A stretch of DNA of 31,767 nt from Phycisphaeraceae bacterium (GCA_040905565.1 JBBDRF010000007.1:26601-58367), one strand, 5' to 3'; positions 1-9,351 are shown, counted from the first letter of the stretch. Notes: generated by a model not told the origin, from the sequence alone. Translations and numbers: made by a program.

Positions 1-49
1 TGATAAGCGCCGAGGCGGTCATGTCTCGTCATCGCTTGCTGGGCGAAGC

Positions 50-664
50 TCAGTCCATCAGGCCGTTCTCGGTGAGCAGGTCGAGGATCTTTTTGACTGA
101 TTCCTCCACGCTCAACTGATCGGTCCGCAGCACCAGTTCGGCGTTCTCAGGCTCTTCATACGGATCGTCGATGCCCGTGAAGCCCTTGATTTCACCGGCG
201 CGAGCCTTCTTATAAAGGCCCTTCGGATCGCGTTCCTCAGCCACCTCGAGGGGGCAGGAGACGTAAACCTCGATGAACGGCAGGCCGGCCTCCTCGTGAA
301 GCTTCCGCACCAGATCGCGATCCTGACGGTACGGGCTGATGAAGCTGGTCACCGTCAGCACGCAGGCATCGGCGAAAAGCTTAGCCACCTCGCCGATGCG
401 GCGGATGTTCTCAGCGCGATCCTCAGCGGAGAACCCGAGGTTCTTGTTCAGCCCGTGACGCACGTTGTCGCCGTCGAGCCGATAGGCGTTCAGACCCTGG
501 TTCAGCAATACCTGCTCCAGCGCCACCGCCACGGTGCTCTTGCCCGAGCCGCTCAAGCCGGTCATCCAGAGCGTCGCGCCCTTCTGGCCGAGCAGGCTTT
601 GCCGCTCTTCCCGGGTCACGTCGCCTTCGTGCCATGTAATGTTCGTTGCCTTCTGATTGCTCAT
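50..664 (-). CDS. cysC: Adenylyl-sulfate (APS) kinase
   Basis: P-loop [38 protein letters not shown] and FTGIDDPYE motifs. Start placed at ATG 664 ([12 protein letters not shown]), preceded by a GGAG RBS. Confidence 0.96.
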   Translation of the reverse strand: MSNQKATNITWHEGDVTREERQSLLGQKGATLWMTGLSGSGKSTVAVALEQVLLNQGLNAYRLDGDNVRHGLNKNLGFSAEDRAENIRRIGEVAKLFADACVLTVTSFISPYRQDRDLVRKLHEEAGLPFIEVYVSCPLEVAEERDPKGLYKKARAGEIKGFTGIDDPYEEPENAELVLRTDQLSVEESVKKILDLLTENGLMD

Positions 665-779
665 TGCCGTCGTTCTCCGCGTATTTGTGCAGTTTTGTTC
701 AAAGAGCACCGCATGGTACCAACGGGTAACGGACCTGCCAAGCTTTCCCTTACCGCTCAGCCTCGCTACGCTTTAAGTC

Positions 780-1688
780 ATGCAGTCAAGGCGAACGATA
801 GTCGGAATCGGTGAAGCGCTCTTTGATGTTTTCGATGATGAGCAGCGTCTCGGCGGCGCGCCGCTCAACGTCGCCGTCCACGCCCACCAGCTCGGCAACA
901 ACGGCGTGGTGGTCTCACGCGTCGGGCAGGACGAACTCGGCCGGCGCATCGCCGAAGAACTCACCCAGCGCTCGATGGACACCGCCCTGCTTCAGACCGA
1001 TCCTGACCGGCCAACGGGCACCGTCCGCGTCGACCTCTCGGTTGAAGGCGACCCGCAGTACGACATTCTGCCTGGCGTCGCGTGGGACGTGGTGCAGTAC
1101 GATTTTGACGTGGAAGATCTGGCCCAGCGGTGCCACGCCGTCTGCTTCGGCACGCTCGCTCAGCGCGACGGGCAAACGCGGAACACGATCTACCGTTTTC
1201 TCGAAGCCTCGCGTCGGGCGATTCGGCTGTTCGATGTGAACCTAAGGCAGAACTATTACGACCGGCGCATCCTTAATCGCAGCCTCGAATCCGCCACTGC
1301 CGTCAAGCTGAACACCGCCGAACTGCGCAAGCTCGACGAGCTTTTTCAGCTCGGTGGCTCGTTCGATGCCGCTGCGCAAACTTTGATGGAGCGGCATCCG
1401 AATCTCGGGTGGGTCGCGTTGACCCGTGGGACTGAGGGCACGGTGGTCTTCACGCCGGGCGAGCGTCACGAATCGGCCCCGGTCGTGGCGAAAGTGACGG
1501 ATAAAGCCGACGCCGTGGGTGCCGGTGATGCCACGACGGCCGCGTTGCTGCACGGGGCGCTCAGGCGATGGCCCTGGGAGCGCACGTTGGAACTGGCGAA
1601 CGAACTCGGCGCTTACGTCGCCTCACAGCCCGGGGCGTGTCCGCCGTTGAATGATCATCTGAAAAAGCTCGCGCAGCTGGAAGCGTAA
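780..1688 (+). CDS. PfkB/ribokinase-family carbohydrate kinase (fructokinase-like)
   Basis: GIGEALFD, GGAPLNVA, FDVNLR and the C-terminal DAVGAGD PfkB signature. Confidence 0.92.
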   Translation: MQSRRTIVGIGEALFDVFDDEQRLGGAPLNVAVHAHQLGNNGVVVSRVGQDELGRRIAEELTQRSMDTALLQTDPDRPTGTVRVDLSVEGDPQYDILPGVAWDVVQYDFDVEDLAQRCHAVCFGTLAQRDGQTRNTIYRFLEASRRAIRLFDVNLRQNYYDRRILNRSLESATAVKLNTAELRKLDELFQLGGSFDAAAQTLMERHPNLGWVALTRGTEGTVVFTPGERHESAPVVAKVTDKADAVGAGDATTAALLHGALRRWPWERTLELANELGAYVASQPGACPPLNDHLKKLAQLEA

Positions 1689-1719
1689 AGCTACACACCG
1701 TTCTCTCTGAAAGTTGCCC

Positions 1720-2115
1720 ATGTCTGCCCGACCTCGTTCCGCCAATGTCCCGCCCGGCTGCGGAGGACTGATCCTGAAGTGGCTCCTTGCTGCGTTGGTG
1801 ATCTATCTGATCGCGTTGATTTTGCCGGGCGTTCACGTCGACGGCTTCATACGGGCACTGGTCGCCGCGCTGGTGCTGGGGCTGCTGAACACGCTGGTCA
1901 GGCCCTTGCTGGTGATCGTCACCCTGCCGATTACGGTGCTGACGCTGGGGATCTTCCTGATCGTCATCAACGCGTTGCTGATCATGTTCGCCGGCTGGCT
2001 TCTGGTGGGCTTTGCCGTCGACGGATTCGGCTGGGCGCTGCTGGCAGCGGTGCTGATCGGATTGCTGAACCTGGTTTTCGACGCGTTCGTGGAGGGCGTC
2101 CGTCGCTCGCCATAA
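1720..2115 (+). CDS. YvlD/DUF360 (phage holin family 4-like) membrane protein
   Basis: Four hydrophobic segments and the typical 'LGLLNTLVRPLL..TLP..LTLG.F..VINA' motif. Start uncertain (1714 TTG or 1720 ATG). Confidence 0.85.
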   Translation: MSARPRSANVPPGCGGLILKWLLAALVIYLIALILPGVHVDGFIRALVAALVLGLLNTLVRPLLVIVTLPITVLTLGIFLIVINALLIMFAGWLLVGFAVDGFGWALLAAVLIGLLNLVFDAFVEGVRRSP

Positions 2116-2157
2116 AATCTGGCGAACGGGTTATTGCTGTTCCAGGAGATGCATGAC

Positions 2158-2946
2158 ATGCACGACCTTCCGCGAGAGCCCGAAGCCTTCACCGAGCAAC
2201 TTGTCCGTCACATTCGCCGTATGCTCAGCCGTTGCACGCTGGATATCACGGGCCCGCTTGAGATCACGCTCAACGACGACCCGGTTGATCTCAGCGATTT
2301 CTACCGGGCGCTACAGCAGGAGCCGGTCGAGGATCTGCAGCCGGTGCTTGAGCGTTTCGTCAGCCACTTGCTCAACGCACGTCGCCTTCAGGACCTGGCG
2401 CTGCCGTTGGAGACGGTCTCGCAGCTGATCTTTCCGCAGATATGTCCACTGAGCTTCTTTCGTGATCGTCGGGCCGATCTTTACGCCTGTCAGCCGTTCG
2501 TGAACGACACGCTCGTGCTGTACATGATCGACCTGAACGGCGCCAGCGCGCCGGTCACGACGGAGCAACTGGTCCGCTGGGGCATCGATGTCGATCAACT
2601 CGATGAGCTGGCCCGGCAGAACCTCTCGGCTCATCAACCTCGTATGCGGTTGCCGTTCTACGCAGGCGGTCGCGTCATCGCAGCTGTTTTCGACACCGGC
2701 GACGGGTACGATGCCTCCCGTCTGCTGCTCGAACAGCTTTACACCCGCCTCGCGCCCGAGCTCGGCGGCACGTTCCTCGTCACCATCCCCACGCGCGACG
2801 TGTTCATCGCCTTTCCCACCGAGCCCACGTCCTTCGTCGACGAATTCAAACGGCAGGCAGCCCTCGACTACCGCAAACTGCCCTATCCCATCACCGACGA
2901 CCTGTTCCTCGTCACACGCGACGGCGTCGCCGGCACCGCCGCCTAG
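2158..2946 (+). CDS. DUF1444 (YtpQ-like) family protein
   Basis: Motifs 'W.I...QL.ELA.QNL', 'GDGYDASRLL' and 'IPTRD'. AGGAG at 2144-2148 favours ATG 2158; ATG 2149 is the alternative. Confidence 0.75.
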   Translation: MHDLPREPEAFTEQLVRHIRRMLSRCTLDITGPLEITLNDDPVDLSDFYRALQQEPVEDLQPVLERFVSHLLNARRLQDLALPLETVSQLIFPQICPLSFFRDRRADLYACQPFVNDTLVLYMIDLNGASAPVTTEQLVRWGIDVDQLDELARQNLSAHQPRMRLPFYAGGRVIAAVFDTGDGYDASRLLLEQLYTRLAPELGGTFLVTIPTRDVFIAFPTEPTSFVDEFKRQAALDYRKLPYPITDDLFLVTRDGVAGTAA

Positions 2947-2948
2947 TC

Positions 2949-2972
2949 AGCGGGCGATCGCAGATCGCCGTT
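2949..2972 (+). repeat. REP-like palindromic repeat, family D
   Basis: AGCGGGCGATCGCAGATCGCCGTT with hairpin GGCGATC/GATCGCC. Related copies lie at 8068-8091, 8125-8155 (minus) and 16613-16643. Confidence 0.7.
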
Positions 2973-3006
2973 TCCTCGATTCCACAAAAAAACGCCAGGA
3001 GCCAAC

Positions 3007-3510
3007 ATGCCCGCAATCGCTTTTGCCACGCTTCGCAGCAGCGCCATCGCCTTCGCGGTCGTTCTCGCCGGCAGCACCCTCGGTTGCGTCGAACAGCGTG
3101 AGGTGCGTCGCAATGAAACCTCACCGATCGAGGACGGCCAGCCGATGACAATCCTCACCGAATGGCACGGCAGCCAGAGCGAACGTGAAGAACCCGATTT
3201 TCAGGTCATCCGCGATCAGCGTGCATGGGAGCAGGCATGGGACGCGCTGCCCACCGACGATTCCGTGCCCGAGGTCGACTTCGATCAGCAGCTCGTGCTG
3301 GCCGCCTGGATGGGCCAACGCATGACCGGCGGCTACGCGATCCGCATCCGTGACATCCGCCCCACCGCCGACGGCGAAGCATTCGAAGCGATCCTCGAAC
3401 ACCGCGAGCCCGGGCCGGACGAATTTGTTACCCAGGCGCTGACCGCTCCGTACCACATCGTCGTCATTCCACGAACGGACAAAGAGATTCGACCGCGTGT
3501 CGTGGAGTGA
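3007..3510 (+). CDS. Lipoprotein with PrcB C-terminal-type domain
   Basis: Signal peptide with lipobox TLG-C, motifs 'PEVDFDQQLVLAAWMGQRMTGGYAI' and 'VTQALTAPYHIVVIP', AGGAG RBS. Confidence 0.8.
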   Translation: MPAIAFATLRSSAIAFAVVLAGSTLGCVEQREVRRNETSPIEDGQPMTILTEWHGSQSEREEPDFQVIRDQRAWEQAWDALPTDDSVPEVDFDQQLVLAAWMGQRMTGGYAIRIRDIRPTADGEAFEAILEHREPGPDEFVTQALTAPYHIVVIPRTDKEIRPRVVE

Positions 3511-3564
3511 TCACAGACGTCGCCGCGCCGTGGCCGACCGAGGGCGGGCGCACTCTCGATCGGC

Positions 3565-4575
3565 TCACCGGCGGGCTACGTCTGTTCGAATAAACGCGTG
3601 GAACTCTTCTTCGATTGCCTGCACATTGCCAAAGGCGTGCACGAATTCGTTCCGCAGTGTGCGGTTGCGTCGCTGCCCTTTATCCTGACGTGCCAGCGTC
3701 GCCAGGTATTGCTTGAGCTGCGGTTGGTGGTGGATGTAAAGGAACTGGAAGAAAGACCAGCACTGTGCATAAACCTCGCTGATCGACTGGCCCGGCGAGC
3801 GGGGGACGCGCGTGAGCACAAGCAGGTCTTCGATGTTCATCACTCGCCCGCCGTTCCACGCCCGCAGAAGCTGACGCCGACGGTTCGGGTTATCAACATC
3901 GGGGCCGAACTCTTCTTCCGCATTCGTCTCGAAGTTCGTGCCCAGACCTTCGCTGACCCAGAGCGGGTACATCACGCCGCGACGCTGAAGCCCGGAGTTG
4001 AACGCCATCTGGTGGGCTGCTTCGTGGGTGATCTGGCCCGTATCGACGACGGCCGACGGCGTGTGTTCGTGCTCGTGCTCGGTTTCGCTGTTGTCCTGTG
4101 CGTGCACCTCGCTGTCGCTGTCGCGGTTCCGGGGGCCAGACTCTGTGTTGCGCAGCGTCGGATGCACCACCACGACACGGTTCGTGCGGGCCGAGTAGTA
4201 CCCGTCCGACCAGCTCATGTCCACGTTGTCTTCAGCGTGAGCGTAACGGTGGAAGTCGCCGCGATGCGTGAAGCCGACCCACGTCAACGGTTGATCCAGA
4301 GGCTCGGCCAAGTCGCCCCAGATGTCGTAGAAGCGGTTGTGCGTGTACTCCAGAAGGTCGCCCGCATCGTACGCCCACTCAGCATGCGTGGAATGCAGCC
4401 GGAAGTTGGGCGTACTGTGAGTGACGAACGGCTGACCGTTGAAGTGACGCGCGACGGCGTGGTCGCGGCCGTATACAGTGCTCGTCTCCGCCGCGGCCTG
4501 CTGCTGCATTGCAGTCGCTGTGAGCGTGAGGGCGAAGACAAGGGCACACGTGCCGATAGTGTGGTTTCGTCGCAT
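3565..4575 (-). CDS. Exported DUF1570-type HExxH (zincin-like) protein
   Basis: Signal peptide, GYYSARTNR, HEAAHQMAFNSG, PLWVSEGLGTNFE and YAQCWSFFQFL motifs. Confidence 0.82.
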   Translation of the reverse strand: MRRNHTIGTCALVFALTLTATAMQQQAAAETSTVYGRDHAVARHFNGQPFVTHSTPNFRLHSTHAEWAYDAGDLLEYTHNRFYDIWGDLAEPLDQPLTWVGFTHRGDFHRYAHAEDNVDMSWSDGYYSARTNRVVVVHPTLRNTESGPRNRDSDSEVHAQDNSETEHEHEHTPSAVVDTGQITHEAAHQMAFNSGLQRRGVMYPLWVSEGLGTNFETNAEEEFGPDVDNPNRRRQLLRAWNGGRVMNIEDLLVLTRVPRSPGQSISEVYAQCWSFFQFLYIHHQPQLKQYLATLARQDKGQRRNRTLRNEFVHAFGNVQAIEEEFHAFIRTDVARR

Positions 4576-4985
4576 ATGCTGCTCTCGGTGAATTCCCGGG
4601 GGAAAGGATGGGGTTTTACCTGATGCGGCGTCATTATCGGCTGCGGTAACATGCGAATCAAGACCTAAGTTGTTTTGTTTTTAGGTACTTGCGAAAATCG
4701 GGCTTTATAACAGGCCCGACTGAAAAGCGGCACCGCCTGCTGATGCTTTTCGCGCCGAGTCAGCCACTCGGCGTCGAAGATTTGATGGTGCCGGGGGTGT
4801 GACTCCGGGGGGTGTGGCCGCCGTTTGCCGCCCGTCCGGTGGCCTCAGCATCACGGCAATCCACTCCCCCCCCGTCACACAGTCACCGCCATCGTCAGCC
4901 GTTCGCGAGCGGGTCACTTTCCACCGTTCTGACAGACCATCATCCCGGCGCAGCATTTGCAGCAGCATCAGCCGGGGGTGCTCAT

Positions 4986-6845
4986 ATGCACGAGGGTCAT
5001 CCAAGACCAATGCTTCGGCGAGCGCGATGGACGTCGCTTGACGGTCAGTGGCAGTTCACAATTGACGCCGACGCCGCCTGGACCACGCCGAGTCAGGTCC
5101 GCTGGAGCGATGCGATCACCGTCCCCTTCGCGCCGGAAACCCAGGCCAGCGGCATCCACGATACCGGCTTCTACAAATCCGTCTGGTATCGCCGTGAGTT
5201 CACGCCCCCTGAGCTTGCCGCGGGTGAACGGTTGCTGCTGCGCTTCGGTGCGGTAGACCACACCGCCACGGTCTGGATCAACGGCCGACGCGTCGCCCAT
5301 CACGAGGGCGGCTACACCCCGTTTGCCGCCGACATCACCGAGCAACTTCAAAGCGGCACAACACAAACCGTCGTCGTCCGCGCCGAGGACGACCCCCACG
5401 ATCTCGCCAAGCCACGCGGCAAGCAGGACTGGCAACTCGAGCCCCACGGCATCTGGTATCCCCGCACCACGGGCATCTGGCAGACGGTGTGGCTTGAACC
5501 GGTCCACGAGACCTACATCCGCAGCCTGCGGTGGACGCCGAACGTCGAACGCTGGGAAATCTCGTTGCTCGGGCACATCCAGGGCCACAACCACGGCGAC
5601 CTCGCCATCCGCGTCAAACTCACCTCAAGCGACCGCACCCTCGCCGACGACACCTACTCGATCGCCAACGGCGAAGTGCAACGCCGCATCGGGCTCGCCG
5701 ATCCGGGCATCGAAGACTACCGCAATGAACTGCTGTGGCGACCCGCCTTCCCAACCTTGATCCACGCCAACGTTCACCTCCTGCGTAACGGCAACGTCAT
5801 CGACGAAGTGCAAAGCTACACCGCCCTGCGATCGATCGACATCCAGGGCGATCGCTTCATCCTCAACGGTGCGCCGTACTACCTCCGCATGGTTCTCGAT
5901 CAGGGATACTGGGAGCAGACCGGTCAAACCGCGCCGAACGATGAGGCCCTGCGGAAGGATGTCGAACTCGCCCGGCTCATGGGCTTCAACGGCGTCCGCA
6001 AACATCAGAAGATCGAAGACCCCCGCTACCTCTACTGGGCCGACACGCTGGGCATGCTGGTGTGGGAGGAGATGCCCTCCGCCTACCGCTTCAACGCGCA
6101 GTCTGTCGAGAGGCTGACGCGTGAGTGGATCGACGTGATTGAGCGCGATGTTTCGCATCCGTGCATCGTGGCGTGGGTGCCGTTCAACGAATCGTGGGGT
6201 GTGCCGAACCTGCCCGATTCTCCGCCGCAGCGGCACTACATCCAGGGCCTTTACCATCTGACGCGAACGCTTGACCCGACCCGCCCGGTGATCGGCAACG
6301 ACGGCTGGGAAGCGGTGGCGACGGACATCATCGGCATCCACGATTACGACGATCAGCCCGCCCGCATCCGCAGGCGATACACCACCGACGAAATGCAGCA
6401 TCGGCTGCGCCGCGAACGGCCGGGCGGCAGGCTGCTGGTCCTCGATGAGGCCTTGGATTATCCGCTGCCGTTGATGCTCAGCGAGTTCGGCGGCATCGCC
6501 TACAAGCCCGGCGAGCAGAGCCGCGAAGAGTGGGGCTACAGCGTGGCCGATTCCGCTGACAATCTCGCTCAACGCTACACCGCACTGCTTCAGGCTGTGC
6601 GATCGCTCGAAGTGCTCTGCGGATTCTGCTACACGCAATTCAGCGATACCTACCAGGAGATCAACGGTCTGCTTCACGCCGATCGCACCCCCAAGTTCCC
6701 CCTCGAACAAATCCACCACGCCACCTACGGCGTCCGAACGCCTCGCGACCGCCAGGTCGAAGCCGAGTGGCGTGAACGGCTGATGCTCCTCCAACGTCGG
6801 CATCATCAAATGCCCGCCGAGGACCATCGCGTGCAACAGGGGTAA
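4986..6845 (+). CDS. Glycoside hydrolase family 2 (no signal peptide)
   Basis: LDGQW.F, FGAVD, HEGGYTPF, GIWQTVW, GFNGVRKHQK, acid/base WVPFNESWG and nucleophile LSEFGG. Start at ATG 4986 after a GGGGG RBS. Confidence 0.92.
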   Translation: MHEGHPRPMLRRARWTSLDGQWQFTIDADAAWTTPSQVRWSDAITVPFAPETQASGIHDTGFYKSVWYRREFTPPELAAGERLLLRFGAVDHTATVWINGRRVAHHEGGYTPFAADITEQLQSGTTQTVVVRAEDDPHDLAKPRGKQDWQLEPHGIWYPRTTGIWQTVWLEPVHETYIRSLRWTPNVERWEISLLGHIQGHNHGDLAIRVKLTSSDRTLADDTYSIANGEVQRRIGLADPGIEDYRNELLWRPAFPTLIHANVHLLRNGNVIDEVQSYTALRSIDIQGDRFILNGAPYYLRMVLDQGYWEQTGQTAPNDEALRKDVELARLMGFNGVRKHQKIEDPRYLYWADTLGMLVWEEMPSAYRFNAQSVERLTREWIDVIERDVSHPCIVAWVPFNESWGVPNLPDSPPQRHYIQGLYHLTRTLDPTRPVIGNDGWEAVATDIIGIHDYDDQPARIRRRYTTDEMQHRLRRERPGGRLLVLDEALDYPLPLMLSEFGGIAYKPGEQSREEWGYSVADSADNLAQRYTALLQAVRSLEVLCGFCYTQFSDTYQEINGLLHADRTPKFPLEQIHHATYGVRTPRDRQVEAEWRERLMLLQRRHHQMPAEDHRVQQG

Positions 6846-6848
6846 CGC

Positions 6849-8069
6849 ATGTCGACAAACCATCCGCCCGCCCAGGCCCTGCCGACGCGACAACCCGCCG
6901 CAGCGCCGAACGCTCAACAGCCGCCGCGACCGGTGTTCGGCTCGTTCTGGATGGGCGGGTTCGAATCGGCCTGCCAGATCAACTCCCGAGGCCAACGGCT
7001 GGACATGATCGCGCAAACCCAGCACGATCGTTTCGCCTTTCAGGACTACCGAAATCTACACGGCGTCGGCATCGCTGCCGCCCGCGACGGCGTCCGCTGG
7101 CACCTGGTCGATCGCGGCTCGCACTACGATTTCCGCAGCCTCACGCCCCTCGTCCAGGCGGCCAGGCAGGCCGACGTCCGTGTCGTCTGGAACCTCTGCC
7201 ACTACGGCTGGCCGACGAATGTGGACGTGCTCGCGCCAAGCTTCGTCGATCGTTTCGCACGCTACGTTCGGGCCGTCGTGCAGCATATCCGCGACCTGAC
7301 GGATCAGCCTTTGGCGTTCGTGCCGATCAACGAAATTTCGTTCTTGGCGTGGGGCATTTGCACAGATTGCATCATCTATCCCTACGCCTTCGGGCACGGC
7401 CGTGCCGTCAAGCAACAGCTGATCCGGGCCGCGATCGCTGCTTGCGAAGCCATCTGGGACGTCGACCCTGCCGCTCGCATCATGCACGTGGACCCCATCA
7501 TCCACGTGGTGCCGCCACGCGATCAACCGGACCTCATCGAGGCCGCCCGCGATCAGCACAACACGCAATGGGAAGCGTGGGACATGCTCGCCGGCCGACA
7601 CGAACCACACCTCGGCGGCCACCCGCGCTACCTCGATATCGTCGGCGTGAACTATTACCACGCCAACCAGTGGGAGCACCCGGACGTGAGGCTGCGCTGG
7701 GAGGATGTGCCTTTGGATGCACGATGGGTGCCGCTGCGGACGCTGCTCGACGAAGTGCACCGCCGTTACGGTCGGCCTATGGTGATGGCCGAAACCAGCC
7801 ACTTCGGCGACGGGCGGGCGCGGTGGATCAGCTCCGTGGGCCATCAACTTTGCGAGAGCATGTCGCAAGGCGTGCCGATCGACGGCGTCTGCCTCTACCC
7901 CATTATCGACCGCCCGGACTGGGACACCGAAGGTCACTGGCACAACAGCGGTCTATGGGATATCCACCCCCAACCCGACGGCACGCTGAAGCGCCGCCTC
8001 AACACCGACTACGCCGAGGCCTTCGAACGTTGCCGCGCCATGCTGGAGTCGGCGCAGGCTCGAAGTTAG
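6849..8069 (+). CDS. GH1-like (clan GH-A) beta-glycosidase
   Basis: GGFES, RDGVRW, CHYGWP, acid/base PINEIS, GVNYY and nucleophile AETS. Starts 3 nt after the GH2 stop, so likely the same operon. Confidence 0.85.
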   Translation: MSTNHPPAQALPTRQPAAAPNAQQPPRPVFGSFWMGGFESACQINSRGQRLDMIAQTQHDRFAFQDYRNLHGVGIAAARDGVRWHLVDRGSHYDFRSLTPLVQAARQADVRVVWNLCHYGWPTNVDVLAPSFVDRFARYVRAVVQHIRDLTDQPLAFVPINEISFLAWGICTDCIIYPYAFGHGRAVKQQLIRAAIAACEAIWDVDPAARIMHVDPIIHVVPPRDQPDLIEAARDQHNTQWEAWDMLAGRHEPHLGGHPRYLDIVGVNYYHANQWEHPDVRLRWEDVPLDARWVPLRTLLDEVHRRYGRPMVMAETSHFGDGRARWISSVGHQLCESMSQGVPIDGVCLYPIIDRPDWDTEGHWHNSGLWDIHPQPDGTLKRRLNTDYAEAFERCRAMLESAQARS

Positions 8070-8155
8070 CGGGTAATCGAAGATCGCCGTTGGGGGCGGT
8101 AAGGTGTTGGCGGCGAGGGTTGGCGTGGGGAAGTGGCGATCGGCGATCGCCCGCT
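8068..8155. repeat. REP-like inverted doublet, family D
   Basis: 8068-8091 matches 2949-2972 at 21/24. The reverse complement of 8135-8155 matches 2949-2969 at 20/21. Confidence 0.72.
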
Positions 8156-8168
8156 CACCGGCCCTCGC

Positions 8169-9284
8169 TTACTCGCCGCCGTGGATCTGTGCGTACTCAA
8201 GATTGATGGCGGATTCGGTGAGCAATCCGGGGTCGTCTTCCGTGCCGATCCATTCGAGGACGTTCAGCCGAAGATCGTCGAACTCACCTTCGGAGGCCGG
8301 CTCGGCAAGCGGGCGACCGGAGTCACCAGTCGGATCAAAGTGCGTCATCGCCAGCGTGAAGATATCTTCCACGCTTTGCACGGTCGTCACGGCCAGAGGT
8401 GTGAGTTCCTCGGAAACCTCGCCCTCTTGCAGTTCACGCGAAACGACATCCAGCAATCGCGCCGCGATGATGGTCAACTGCCTCAGGGCATTGTCCACAT
8501 TGCGATTCTCAGCCTTGTCATAGGCAAGACTGCGCTCGAGGCTCTGGATGCCACGCTGATCCGTGCGAAGGCTGTCGGTCAGCCCGCCGGTGTAACTGTT
8601 CACACGGGCGTTAAGCGCGTTCAGAAGCACCTGCCTGGCTTCGGGGACGGTCAAGGCCCCCGCCGCTTCGTACATCCGCTCAAGGACCAGATCCTCGCTC
8701 TCGTCGGCCATGGCCTGCGTCAGCGGCACAAGCAGCGTGTTCTGCTGCGTATCGGTCAACGGCGACTCATCCTCATCATCATCGGTGCCGGAAAGCTTGA
8801 TGATCGTGTCAGCCGCGAGATAGCGCACCCCCGGTGCTGCATGCTCAAGGCTGTCGACAACGAGGTCGACGGCTTCGTCGAGACTGCTTGAGAACTCGCC
8901 GACGATCAGCAGCGCCGTGATGCGGACGTGCAGCGTATCGCGCTGAAGCACGGCCTGAAGCTCACGCGCCAAATCATCACTCAGCGCGGCGTGCGCCGGC
9001 GGCAACGTGATCTCACGGTTACGCAGCGGATCAAGGATACGCTGACGCGAATCGCTGATCTCCGCCGGATCTTCCGTCGTGAGGATCTGTTGCACGTGAT
9101 AACTGACAAACTGTTCAATCTGCTGGCGATCGTCCCCGCCCAGTGCCTCGGCAGAGAGGACGCTCGCGGAGAGCTGCCCTTCCTGCTGAGCCAACAGCTG
9201 CGTGTCGCTCATGCAAAAGAACACCGCCAGCATGACGGCAAGGGCCAGATTTTGATGTCCGGGAAGGCAACGCGAACTGAGCAT
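8169..9284 (-). CDS. Exported acidic HEAT/ARM-repeat-like hypothetical protein
   Basis: N-terminal hydrophobic signal and HEAT-like helical repeats ('DSLEHAAPGVRYLAA', 'AMADESEDLVLERMYEA'). ATG 9284 has a GGAG RBS and lies downstream of the promoter at 9352-9380. Confidence 0.65.
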   Translation of the reverse strand: MLSSRCLPGHQNLALAVMLAVFFCMSDTQLLAQQEGQLSASVLSAEALGGDDRQQIEQFVSYHVQQILTTEDPAEISDSRQRILDPLRNREITLPPAHAALSDDLARELQAVLQRDTLHVRITALLIVGEFSSSLDEAVDLVVDSLEHAAPGVRYLAADTIIKLSGTDDDEDESPLTDTQQNTLLVPLTQAMADESEDLVLERMYEAAGALTVPEARQVLLNALNARVNSYTGGLTDSLRTDQRGIQSLERSLAYDKAENRNVDNALRQLTIIAARLLDVVSRELQEGEVSEELTPLAVTTVQSVEDIFTLAMTHFDPTGDSGRPLAEPASEGEFDDLRLNVLEWIGTEDDPGLLTESAINLEYAQIHGGE

Positions 9285-9351
9285 CGGTGGCTCCACTGGG
9301 CCATGAACCGGCGAACCCGCAGCAACATCCAAGCCACAGGGACGGCTGCTG

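Noticed and set aside
1..49. Possible start of a gene downstream of cysC (minus-strand ATG at 32 or 22)
   Set aside because: Too little sequence lies within the window to support a call.
1720..2115. 'Phage holin' as evidence of a prophage
   Set aside because: YvlD/DUF360 proteins are ordinary chromosomal membrane proteins, and there are no phage genes nearby.
4812..4985. N-terminal extensions in the ORF track (GH2 from 4812, HEAT from 9380, BioF-like from 17918, pfkA from 26874, HD-GYP from 30394, yheT from 17867)
   Set aside because: The extensions are non-homologous-looking and run through promoters or repeats. Downstream ATGs have RBS or -10 support.
4705..5010. 101-aa minus-strand ORF across the structured intergenic region
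   Set aside because: It has no motif or RBS, has low-complexity composition and overlaps the GH2 start.
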